Assembly: GCA_963696395.1 (NCBI GenBank)
Contig: CAVOJZ010000002.1
Location: 495,317-559,316 of the forward strand
Reading direction: 5' to 3'
Origin: an uncultured bacterium
GTDB lineage: Bacteria; Patescibacteriota; Minisyncoccia; UBA6257; 2-01-FULL-56-20
Length of the DNA: 64,000 nucleotides
In this document: piece by piece, positions 17,076 to 24,280 of the stretch
How positions within the stretch are numbered: position 1 is the first letter of the stretch
Layout of the letters: each line of letters opens with the position of its first letter
Translations under genes and position numbers: made by a program
Notes under the pieces: model-generated
Seen by the model: the letters and a program-made list of their open reading frames with translations, nothing else
Database searches by the model: none
What the model was told of the DNA's origin: nothing

Positions 17076-18344
17076 ATGAAAGATCCTCTCCTCGATAATT
17101 TAATTAAAAAAGAATTGCAGCGCCAGCGGGAATCGCTCGATTTTATTCCGTCGGAAAACATCGTTTCATCCGAGGTCCTGCGCGTTCTTGGTTCGGCGCT
17201 TACGAATAAATATGCCGAAGGATACGCCGGCGCGCGGTATTACGGCGGCAACCAGTTCGTTGACCAGATCGAGCTCTTATGTAAAGAGCGGGCTTTAAAA
17301 GTTTTCAAGCTTTCGCCCAAGGCGTGGCACGTGAATGTTCAGCCGTATTCCGGCTCGCCTGCGAATCTCGCGGTATATCTTGCGCTCGTTCCGCCCGGAG
17401 AAAAAATCATGGGTATGGAGCTCTCAATGGGAGGACATCTCACGCACGGCCATACCGTGAGCGCCACCGGAAAATTCTGGAACGCGATCCGTTACGGCGT
17501 GGACAAGAAAACCGAGATGCTCGATTACGATGCGATCGGACGGCTGGCCCGGCGCGAAAAGCCAAAGCTTATTGTTGCGGGATTCACGGCGTATCCGCGC
17601 ACGATCGATTTTGCAAAGTTCCGGAAGATCGCGGATTCCGTCCATGCTTATCTCATGGTTGATATGTCGCACTTCGCCGGGCTCGTTGCGGGTGGCGCGC
17701 ACCCTTCGCCATTTCCGTACGCCGACATCGTCACGACGACAACGCATAAAACATTGCGTGGCCCGCGCGGGGCAATGATCTTCGCGAACCGCAATTCAAA
17801 AGTTGTCCGAAAGGACAGCAAGGGAAAGCAGGTTGATATCGCACGTGCGATTGACCGTGCAGTTTTTCCCGGTCTGCAGGGAGGGCCGCATGTGAATCAG
17901 ATTGCGGCGACCGCAGTGGCTTTACTCGAAGATGCCCAGCCTGCGTTCAAAAATTATGCTCACCAGATTGTTAAAAATGCGAGGGCGTTGGCGCGAGAAC
18001 TTTCGAAGCATGGCTGGCGGATTGTTTCGGGCGGCACGGACACGCATCTCCTGCTCGTTGATGTTGCGTCGCGGGGCTTGTCGGGCAAAGAGGCGAGCCA
18101 GCGCCTGGAAAACAACGATATCATTGCGAATAAAAATACGATCCCGTTTGATCCGCGCCCGCCGATGGATCCATCCGGCATCCGGCTCGGGACGCCGGCG
18201 CTCACAACCCGCGGCATGAAAGAAAAGGAGATGAAAATAGTCGCGGGATTTTTGAACGACGTACTCGCGGAAAATAAAAATGTGAAACGGCAGGTTGTTG
18301 CGCTGTGTAAAAAATTTCCACTGAAGTCGCTGAATGAACGCTAA
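17076..18344 (+). CDS. glyA: serine hydroxymethyltransferase
   Basis: PLP-lysine region TTTTHKTLRGPRG, N-terminal SENIVS...LTNKYAEGY motif. Confidence 0.9.
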   Translation: MKDPLLDNLIKKELQRQRESLDFIPSENIVSSEVLRVLGSALTNKYAEGYAGARYYGGNQFVDQIELLCKERALKVFKLSPKAWHVNVQPYSGSPANLAVYLALVPPGEKIMGMELSMGGHLTHGHTVSATGKFWNAIRYGVDKKTEMLDYDAIGRLARREKPKLIVAGFTAYPRTIDFAKFRKIADSVHAYLMVDMSHFAGLVAGGAHPSPFPYADIVTTTTHKTLRGPRGAMIFANRNSKVVRKDSKGKQVDIARAIDRAVFPGLQGGPHVNQIAATAVALLEDAQPAFKNYAHQIVKNARALARELSKHGWRIVSGGTDTHLLLVDVASRGLSGKEASQRLENNDIIANKNTIPFDPRPPMDPSGIRLGTPALTTRGMKEKEMKIVAGFLNDVLAENKNVKRQVVALCKKFPLKSLNER

Positions 18345-18972
18345 AGCCATCGCGCACCTCAAGCGGAGCGACCCCGCCTTGAAAGTGCTTATTGAAGGAA
18401 TCAAGCTTCGCGAAATTTCTGATCGTGGAGGCCATTTCGAAGCGCTCGTTGAAGCCATTGTGAGCCAACAGCTTTCCGTGAAAGCGGCGGACACAATATT
18501 CAAACGGTTCGTTGCCCTTACGCCGGGAAAGAAATTTCCGACGCCGCAGGAAGTTCTGAAGATGCCTGCGCGCACGATGCGTAAGGCCGGCTTGTCGAGA
18601 ATGAAGGTGAGTTTTATTAAAGACCTCGCAAAGAAAGTATTGGATAAGACGGTGGACCTTAAGAAAATCGACCAATGGACCGACGAACAGGTTATGGAAC
18701 ATCTGACGGCCGTGAAGGGCATCGGCCGATGGACGGCGGAAATGTTTCTGATCTTTTCCCTGCATCGGGAAGATATTTTTTCTTACGGCGATCTTGGCTT
18801 GCGGAATGCAATCAAAAAGGTTTATAACTTGAAAAAGCATCCGACGGAGAAACAGGCCGAAAAACTTGCTTTGCGATGGAAGCCCTATCGCAGTACGGCC
18901 AGCCGGTATCTGTGGGCAAGCATTGATACTGCGATACCGGCGAAAGTGTCTGCCAAAAAGAAAAAATCATGA
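18334..18972 (+). CDS. HhH-GPD DNA glycosylase, DNA-3-methyladenine glycosylase II (AlkA)-like
   Basis: helix-hairpin-helix with VKGIGRWTAEMFLIF and catalytic Asp context GDLGLRNA. Overlaps glyA and folD ends. Confidence 0.65.
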   Translation: MNAKAIAHLKRSDPALKVLIEGIKLREISDRGGHFEALVEAIVSQQLSVKAADTIFKRFVALTPGKKFPTPQEVLKMPARTMRKAGLSRMKVSFIKDLAKKVLDKTVDLKKIDQWTDEQVMEHLTAVKGIGRWTAEMFLIFSLHREDIFSYGDLGLRNAIKKVYNLKKHPTEKQAEKLALRWKPYRSTASRYLWASIDTAIPAKVSAKKKKS

Positions 18973-19778
18973 TTATCGACGGAAAAAAAATTTCAGAAGG
19001 GATTCTTGCGCGGCTCAAAGAGCAATCACGACCGGATGTATTTTTCGGCGCTGTTCTTGTTGGCGACGATCCGGCCTCGCTTAATTTTTTAAAACAGAAA
19101 GAGCGCGTCGCGCGCGAATTAGGGATTGAATTCAGACTTTATCAACTCTCGGCAACGATCACGACCGATGAATTGCGAAGTGAGATCGGTCGGTTGGCTC
19201 GTCCAAAAAATTGCGGCGGATTTATCGTTCAGCTTCCGTTGCCCGAAACAATCAATCGCCACTACATCTTGAATGCAATTCCAAAAGAAAAAGATGCTGA
19301 CTGTTTGAGCGAGGGAGCGCTTGGCGCGTTTTACACCGAGCGCGGAGTCATCGCGCCTCCGTCGGTTGCAACCGTTGAGGAAATTTTAAAACGTGAAGAG
19401 AGAGATCTGCGAGATTTGAAAGTTGTGATGGTCGGCGCCGGATTCCTGATCGGGAAGCCTGTTGGATTCTGGCTTCAGAATAGGGTGAAGGAGCTCGTCG
19501 TATTGGACGCTGCCGTAAAAAACGTGGCCGCAAAGCTGGGCGATGCGGATATCGTTATTACCGGAACTGGCCAGGCGCATTTGTTTGGCGCTAAACAATT
19601 AAAGGAAGGCGCCATTGTTATTGACTTCGGTTTCAACCAATTGGCAGGGAAAATCGTTGGAGACTTTGATCCGGCAGAAGCCGAACAGAATAGCATCCAT
19701 TACACAAAGACCCCTGGAGGCACAGGACCGATTCTTGTCGCGGAGTTGTTCGAGAATTTCTATAAACTGAATTCCTGA
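18969..19778 (+). CDS. folD: bifunctional methylenetetrahydrofolate dehydrogenase / methenyl-THF cyclohydrolase
   Basis: MIIDGKKIS start, Rossmann GAGFLIGKP, C-terminal TPGGTGPILVAELFEN. Confidence 0.85.
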   Translation: MIIDGKKISEGILARLKEQSRPDVFFGAVLVGDDPASLNFLKQKERVARELGIEFRLYQLSATITTDELRSEIGRLARPKNCGGFIVQLPLPETINRHYILNAIPKEKDADCLSEGALGAFYTERGVIAPPSVATVEEILKREERDLRDLKVVMVGAGFLIGKPVGFWLQNRVKELVVLDAAVKNVAAKLGDADIVITGTGQAHLFGAKQLKEGAIVIDFGFNQLAGKIVGDFDPAEAEQNSIHYTKTPGGTGPILVAELFENFYKLNS

Positions 19779-19781
19779 CGG

Positions 19782-19853
19782 TGCGCGCTGAGGGAATTGA
19801 ACCCCCGACCCACTCGGTGTAAACGAGTTGCTCTACCACTGAGCTAAGCGCGC
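19782..19853 (-). tRNA. tRNA-Val (anticodon TAC)
   Basis: minus-strand cloverleaf GCGCGCT...anticodon loop TTTACAC...T-loop TTCAATT...AGCGCGC-A. Confidence 0.8.
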
Positions 19854-19960
19854 TAGAGAAAGTCCCGTCTGGAGAGACGGGACTTCGTTTAAAATGGTTA
19901 ATGTGCAGAAGGGCGCCGGCCTTCCCCATTCAGGCTTCCCTTTCGGGTGATCACCTCCTC

Positions 19961-20035
19961 TTAACGATTGGCACGGTTGGAGTTCGTTATACGACGCATG
20001 TGTCGAGTGCGGAGGTAATACGTTAGCCTCTTCAT
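19961..20035 (-). CDS. candidate 24-aa highly basic micro-ORF (MKRLTYYLRTRHMRRITNSNRANR) with a strong SD, upstream of tRNA-Val
   Basis: TAAGGAGG 7 nt upstream of the ATG on the minus strand. Not in the ORF track because it is too short. Confidence 0.2.
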   Translation of the reverse strand: MKRLTYYLRTRHMRRITNSNRANR

Positions 20036-20138
20036 ATTTGAATGGCCTCCTTAAGCCTTTCTGTATTTAGTATAGAATAGAAAAAGTGTGCCTACTGTGG
20101 ATAATATAGTATAATTCTGGGGAAAAGCAACTCAAAAC

Positions 20139-20777
20139 ATGAGGAAGAGCGAATGGGCGGTTTTAATAGTTCTCATTGCATCCATTTTGACTGGGATAAT
20201 TTTTTACCCTCAGCTTCCGCCGGTTGTGGCTTCGCACTGGGACGCAGCCGGCAACGTTAACGGTTATATGGCAAAAGGATGGGCTGTTGCGCTATTTCCG
20301 ATCATTCTTGCCATCATTTATGTCATTTTCCTTATCATCCCGAGGATTGACCCGCGCCGGGAAAATATTGAAAAGTTCAGAAAGTATTTCGATTATCTGA
20401 TTCTCGCTATTTCGCTTTTTCTCTACTACTTCTTTGCGCTCTTTCTGCTCTGGAATCTTGGCGTGCCATTCGACTTCAAGGTTGCAACCATCCCCGCGTT
20501 TGCCGCGTTGTGGTGGATCATTGGCGTGATCCTGCCGCATACCCAGTCAAACTGGTTTATCGGCATTCGCACTCCGTGGACCATCTCGAGTGAAACGGTT
20601 TGGAAAAAAACACATGCCGCCGGCGGACGATGGTTTAAAATTTCCGCGATCATCAGCTTGCTTGGGATCGTCTTCCCGACTTCAATGTTGTGGTTCATCC
20701 TGGTGCCGATTATTGCCACGGCGATAGGCGTGGTTGTCTATTCGTATTTTCTGTACGAGCAGGAGAAAAAAAGTTAG
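20139..20777 (+). CDS. SdpI/YhfL-family membrane protein (DUF1648 plus SdpI-like)
   Basis: motifs HWDAAGNVNGY and NWFIGIRTPWTISSETVWKKTH typical of the SdpI immunity / signal-transduction family. Confidence 0.55.
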   Translation: MRKSEWAVLIVLIASILTGIIFYPQLPPVVASHWDAAGNVNGYMAKGWAVALFPIILAIIYVIFLIIPRIDPRRENIEKFRKYFDYLILAISLFLYYFFALFLLWNLGVPFDFKVATIPAFAALWWIIGVILPHTQSNWFIGIRTPWTISSETVWKKTHAAGGRWFKISAIISLLGIVFPTSMLWFILVPIIATAIGVVVYSYFLYEQEKKS

Positions 20778-20849
20778 TACCCTCGGAGGGAATCGAACCC
20801 CCATCAAGGCCTTAGAAGAGCCCTGCTTTATCCATTAAGCTACGAGGGC
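20778..20849 (-). tRNA. tRNA-Arg (anticodon TCT)
   Basis: minus-strand cloverleaf, anticodon loop CTTCTAA, T-loop TTCGATT. Confidence 0.7.
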
Positions 20850-20926
20850 AGAACCGATATAATGGATCTCGCGATTGATTCTAAACCAAAAGTAAGATAG
20901 TTTAAAGGGACGCTTGGTGAGAACGA

Positions 20927-20997
20927 CGGGCCGTCGTATACCGGTAGTACGCCTGTTTTGGGTACAGGTAGACTGGGTTCAATTCCCAGCGGCCCGA
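20927..20997 (+). tRNA. tRNA-Pro (anticodon TGG)
   Basis: acceptor CGGGCCG/CGGCCCG, anticodon stem CCTGT/ACAGG, loop TTTGGGT (G37), T-arm CTGGG-TTCAATT-CCCAG. Confidence 0.7.
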
Positions 20998-21042
20998 CTA
21001 GTTTTAATAAAATTTTAATATATAGATTGCTATGCTCGTGTT

Positions 21043-21744
21043 GTGGCAAGAAATGATAAATCAATCGCAATACGGCTTCGATTGAGCGGAAAGACATACG
21101 GAGAAATCAAGCGAGAATTATCAGGCATTTCAAAATCAACACTTTCTTTGTGGTTGAAAGATTTAGTCCTCTCCGACCGAGCAGTAGAAAAAATTGCCCG
21201 GCGCACGAGGGAGAGATCTTTTACTGGTCTACTGAAAAGAAATCAGAAACAAACCGCAGATGCTATCAAGCGTATGAATGATATTCGGAAAGTGGCACAG
21301 GGGCAGATCGCCGATATTTCAAAGGATGCTTTGCTATTGGTGGGTGCGGCACTCTACTGGGCTGAAGGATATAAGAGGCCGAAATTTCGTGCCGGTAGGG
21401 AATTGACGAATCATCCCGTCTCCCTAACCAATGCCGACCCGCAACTCTTGAATATGTTTATCAAGTTTTTAGTTGAAGTCTGTGCTGTGCCTCGAGGAAA
21501 CATCAAAATAGGCGTGAGGATTTTTCAGCATCTCAATGAGGAAACTGTTCTTGCGTATTGGAGCAAGACCCTGCAAATCCCACGAAGTAATTTCACAAAA
21601 ACGTATCTGGGTATAAGCAAATCAAGTATGGGCAAGAAACCTTTCAATCGCTTGCCTTATGGCGTTGTGCAGATTAGAATAAACAACACCAATCTATTCC
21701 ATCAGATTATGGGATGGATCGAGGGTATGAAGTTAAAAAGTTAA
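21043..21744 (+). CDS. HTH-containing protein with a LAGLIDADG-like motif (possible free-standing homing endonuclease-like gene)
   Basis: N-terminal resolvase-type HTH (GKTYGEIKRELSGISKSTLSLWLK). LLVGAALYWAEGYK resembles a single LAGLIDADG motif ending in an acidic residue plus Gly. Ends 2 nt before the intron-containing tRNA. Confidence 0.35.
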   Translation: MARNDKSIAIRLRLSGKTYGEIKRELSGISKSTLSLWLKDLVLSDRAVEKIARRTRERSFTGLLKRNQKQTADAIKRMNDIRKVAQGQIADISKDALLLVGAALYWAEGYKRPKFRAGRELTNHPVSLTNADPQLLNMFIKFLVEVCAVPRGNIKIGVRIFQHLNEETVLAYWSKTLQIPRSNFTKTYLGISKSSMGKKPFNRLPYGVVQIRINNTNLFHQIMGWIEGMKLKS

Positions 21745-21745
21745 T

Positions 21746-22039
21746 GCCGCGGTAGCTCAGTGGCAGAGCGCAGCCCTAAAATCTTTGGGGCCTTTCACAG
21801 TAATGTGAATTGAATAACCGGGTGAACTCGGGGAAAACTTTATCCAGAAAAATTATGGATAAAACAATCCCGAGCCAAGCTTCGCAGGGGTTTACGTTGC
21901 GAAGAAGGTGTAGAGACTAGCGAGTGAGTCCCAACAATAATCTCGCACAAGCGCCCGGCTTCCTGAAAAGGAAGATGATATAGTCCAAATTCAGCTTCGG
22001 AAGAGGCTGGCGTCGAGTGTTCGATTCACTCCCGCGGCA
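21746..22039 (+). tRNA. tRNA-Phe (anticodon GAA) interrupted by a group I intron between positions 33 and 34
   Basis: exons 21746-21777 and 22000-22039 form a canonical cloverleaf: GCCGCGG acceptor, anticodon stem CAGCC/GGCTG, spliced loop CU|GAAGA, T-arm GAGTG-TTCGATT-CACTC, discriminator A. Confidence 0.7.
21778..21999 (+). ncRNA. group I self-splicing intron (222 nt) in the tRNA anticodon loop
   Basis: P1: exon CCCU pairs with IGS GGGG (21788-21791). P10: 3' exon GAAGA pairs with TCTTT just 5' of the IGS. R element AGAGACTA (21912-21919) and S element GATATAGTCC (21976-21985) form P7. Terminal G (omegaG) at 21999. Confidence 0.7.
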
Positions 22040-22050
22040 CACTGAAAAAA

Positions 22051-22076
22051 ATAACCCGTCAGCGGGTTATTTTTTC
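22051..22076 (+). terminator. rho-independent terminator after the tRNA-Phe (hairpin ataacccg-tcag-cgggttat + T5)
   Basis: inverted repeat 22051-22070 followed by TTTTT. Confidence 0.55.
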
Positions 22077-23221
22077 ATCTTCAGCGTTATACGTTTTTCG
22101 TCGGGTTTTACGGTATCAATTATGAAAGGATATGACTGGCCTACGACGAGCGCCTTCTTCATTTCTTCCTGCCCGCCGAACTCAGAAATGTGCACCATGC
22201 CTTGCATGTCGTGATCGAGTGCGACGACGACACCGAACGGGTTAAACTTGTACACCTTGCCCTGCACGGCCTGGCCCGGTTTGAATTGGTCGCCGATCGT
22301 GGTCCATGGATCCTCTTTAAGGGCTTTTAATGAAAGGAAGACTCGGCCCTCCTTAATGTCGATAATCTTTGCTTTTAACGGATCGTTAATCTTTACGAGC
22401 TCTTTCGGGTTTTCTATGAGCTTATAGTCGAGTTCTGAAATGTGGATCATGCCCTCGATCTGGGGGTTGTCGGTGAAGCGGACGAAGACGCCGAAATCGG
22501 CGGCACCGGAAACGACACAATCAACAATTTGGCCGATGGTGTAGGCGGTGAGCAACTCCTTTACGTTTGCAGAGAGAACTTCGCGCTCTGAAACGATGAT
22601 CTTGTTGGTTCGCGGGTTAACGTCGATGATTTTCACCGTCAATTCCTGACCGACGAATTTCTTGAGTTCGTCCGCGATTTTTACGCGATCACCATCCGGA
22701 ACCTTGGGGTAGTGCTCAAGCGAAAGCTGTGAAACCGGCAGGAATGCTTTAAGGTCGTCGGCGACAAGCGCCATGAGCCCTCCGGCATTTGCGCCCATGA
22801 TTTTCGCTTTGGTAACCTCACCCGACTCGGCGAGCTCTTTTGCGAGCTGCCACTGCTTTTGTTTTCCGGCTTCGGAAAGGGAAAGTTCAATCTGTCCTTC
22901 CTCGCCATCGAGCACCACGATTTTCGCCTGGAGTTTGTCCCCGGGATTCAGATTACGGAGAGCTTCTCGGGCATTGATGACCTCGGCACCGAAGACGATT
23001 CCGGATCCAAAACGGCCCATGTCGAAATAAGCCTTTCGGGGAAGTTTCTTGATGAGCGTCACCTCAACGACGGAGCCTTCCTTGGGCCAATCGGTGAGCG
23101 AGAGTTCGGTTTTGAGCGCCTGCGCGAGGGCAGATGCCTTCGGTTCTTCAGTTTGCGGCATGGGGATAAGTATACAGAGAAAAAAGGAAAATGCAAATTT
23201 CAAGCTCTTTTTTCGTTGCAA
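22067..23221 (-). CDS. rpsA: 30S ribosomal protein S1 (four S1 domains)
   Basis: repeated S1 OB-fold motifs (GxV..V...G.FV.....GLLHISE...). Confidence 0.8.
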   Translation of the reverse strand: MQRKKSLKFAFSFFLCILIPMPQTEEPKASALAQALKTELSLTDWPKEGSVVEVTLIKKLPRKAYFDMGRFGSGIVFGAEVINAREALRNLNPGDKLQAKIVVLDGEEGQIELSLSEAGKQKQWQLAKELAESGEVTKAKIMGANAGGLMALVADDLKAFLPVSQLSLEHYPKVPDGDRVKIADELKKFVGQELTVKIIDVNPRTNKIIVSEREVLSANVKELLTAYTIGQIVDCVVSGAADFGVFVRFTDNPQIEGMIHISELDYKLIENPKELVKINDPLKAKIIDIKEGRVFLSLKALKEDPWTTIGDQFKPGQAVQGKVYKFNPFGVVVALDHDMQGMVHISEFGGQEEMKKALVVGQSYPFIIDTVKPDEKRITLKMKK

Positions 23222-23253
23222 TTAGCCCGTTTTTTTGCTAAAATACTTGGTAT

Positions 23254-23823
23254 ATGGTCATTAATTACTTTGGAAACGGATGTTTCCGGCTGCAAAGCGG
23301 AGAAACATCCGTTCTTCTTGATTCTGACAATAATCGGCTCAAAGCCGACATCTCTTTAAAGACGCTTGCACCAACCGAAATCGTGACGCCCGAGGGCGAC
23401 GGGGTTGAGATTTCATTTCCCGGCGAGTACGAGGTGAAAGGAATTGAGATAACAGGATTCCAAATTGTCGGTGAGTCCACCGATAAATTTATGAAAACCA
23501 CGTACGTTCTTTTGTGGGAGGGAATGAAATTTGTTTTTCTCGGGCATCTTTCAAAACCGATTGACGCGACCATGATGGAGGAATTTTCCGAGCCGGACGT
23601 GCTTTTCCTTCCGGTGGGCGGAGGACATTTCCTGGAGCCGGATGTTGCCGCAAAAATTGCCAAACAGCTCGAGGCCCGCATTGTTGTTCCAAGCTTCTAT
23701 AAAAGTCCGGCAGAATTCCTGAAAGCATTCGGAAAGAAAAGCGAAGACATGGATAAATTGGTTTTTAAGCAAAAGGATATTGCAACCGACAAAGGGCGGG
23801 TCGTTGTTTTAAAAGCCGCGTAA
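23254..23823 (+). CDS. MBL-fold metallo-hydrolase
   Basis: N-terminal MVINYFGNGCFRLQSGETSVLLD pattern of the metallo-beta-lactamase-like (UPF0173-type) fold. Confidence 0.5.
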   Translation: MVINYFGNGCFRLQSGETSVLLDSDNNRLKADISLKTLAPTEIVTPEGDGVEISFPGEYEVKGIEITGFQIVGESTDKFMKTTYVLLWEGMKFVFLGHLSKPIDATMMEEFSEPDVLFLPVGGGHFLEPDVAAKIAKQLEARIVVPSFYKSPAEFLKAFGKKSEDMDKLVFKQKDIATDKGRVVVLKAA

Positions 23824-23824
23824 C

Positions 23825-24265
23825 ATGAAGAACCCGTCCTTGCCTCCATTGCCACCGACTGCGCCGCACCGCGATTATCTTGCCGAATTGCAGTCGCTCA
23901 ATGAGCCGATGAAGCGGCGCGTGCTGATCGCGGCGAGCGCTGTTGTGATGGCGCTCGTGGTATTCGTGTGGGTCGGCTATTTCAATAACATTGTAATGAG
24001 CAACCAATCCGGCCTGGCGGACCAGAGCGCGATCGCGCAGTCGGGAACTGTTGCCCCTGCGGCAGCAGCTGCACCTGTAGCCCCCGCAACGCCGACATCG
24101 GTTGCCGATCTGTCGAACGCCCCCAGTTTTTGGCAAACGCTCGGCGGCGGTATCGCTTCGATGTATCATGGCATCATCTCCGGACTCAAGGAGCCGAGGC
24201 AGTATGACATCGTGCCGGCGCCAAATCAGGGGATACCGACGGTTCAATCGGTCGTGACACAGTAA
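23825..24265 (+). CDS. membrane-anchored hypothetical protein (Ala/Pro-rich)
   Basis: TM helix ~res 35-55. The antisense ORF 23765-24406 is Arg/Cys-rich and judged spurious. Confidence 0.35.
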   Translation: MKNPSLPPLPPTAPHRDYLAELQSLNEPMKRRVLIAASAVVMALVVFVWVGYFNNIVMSNQSGLADQSAIAQSGTVAPAAAAAPVAPATPTSVADLSNAPSFWQTLGGGIASMYHGIISGLKEPRQYDIVPAPNQGIPTVQSVVTQ

Positions 24266-24280
24266 TAATTTCCAGCATCC

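Noticed and set aside
19940-19962. gggtgatcacctcctctt resembling the 3' end of 16S rRNA
   Set aside because: It is only ~15 nt. No flanking rRNA-like sequence. It is the complement of an SD-like GAGGAGG on the other strand.
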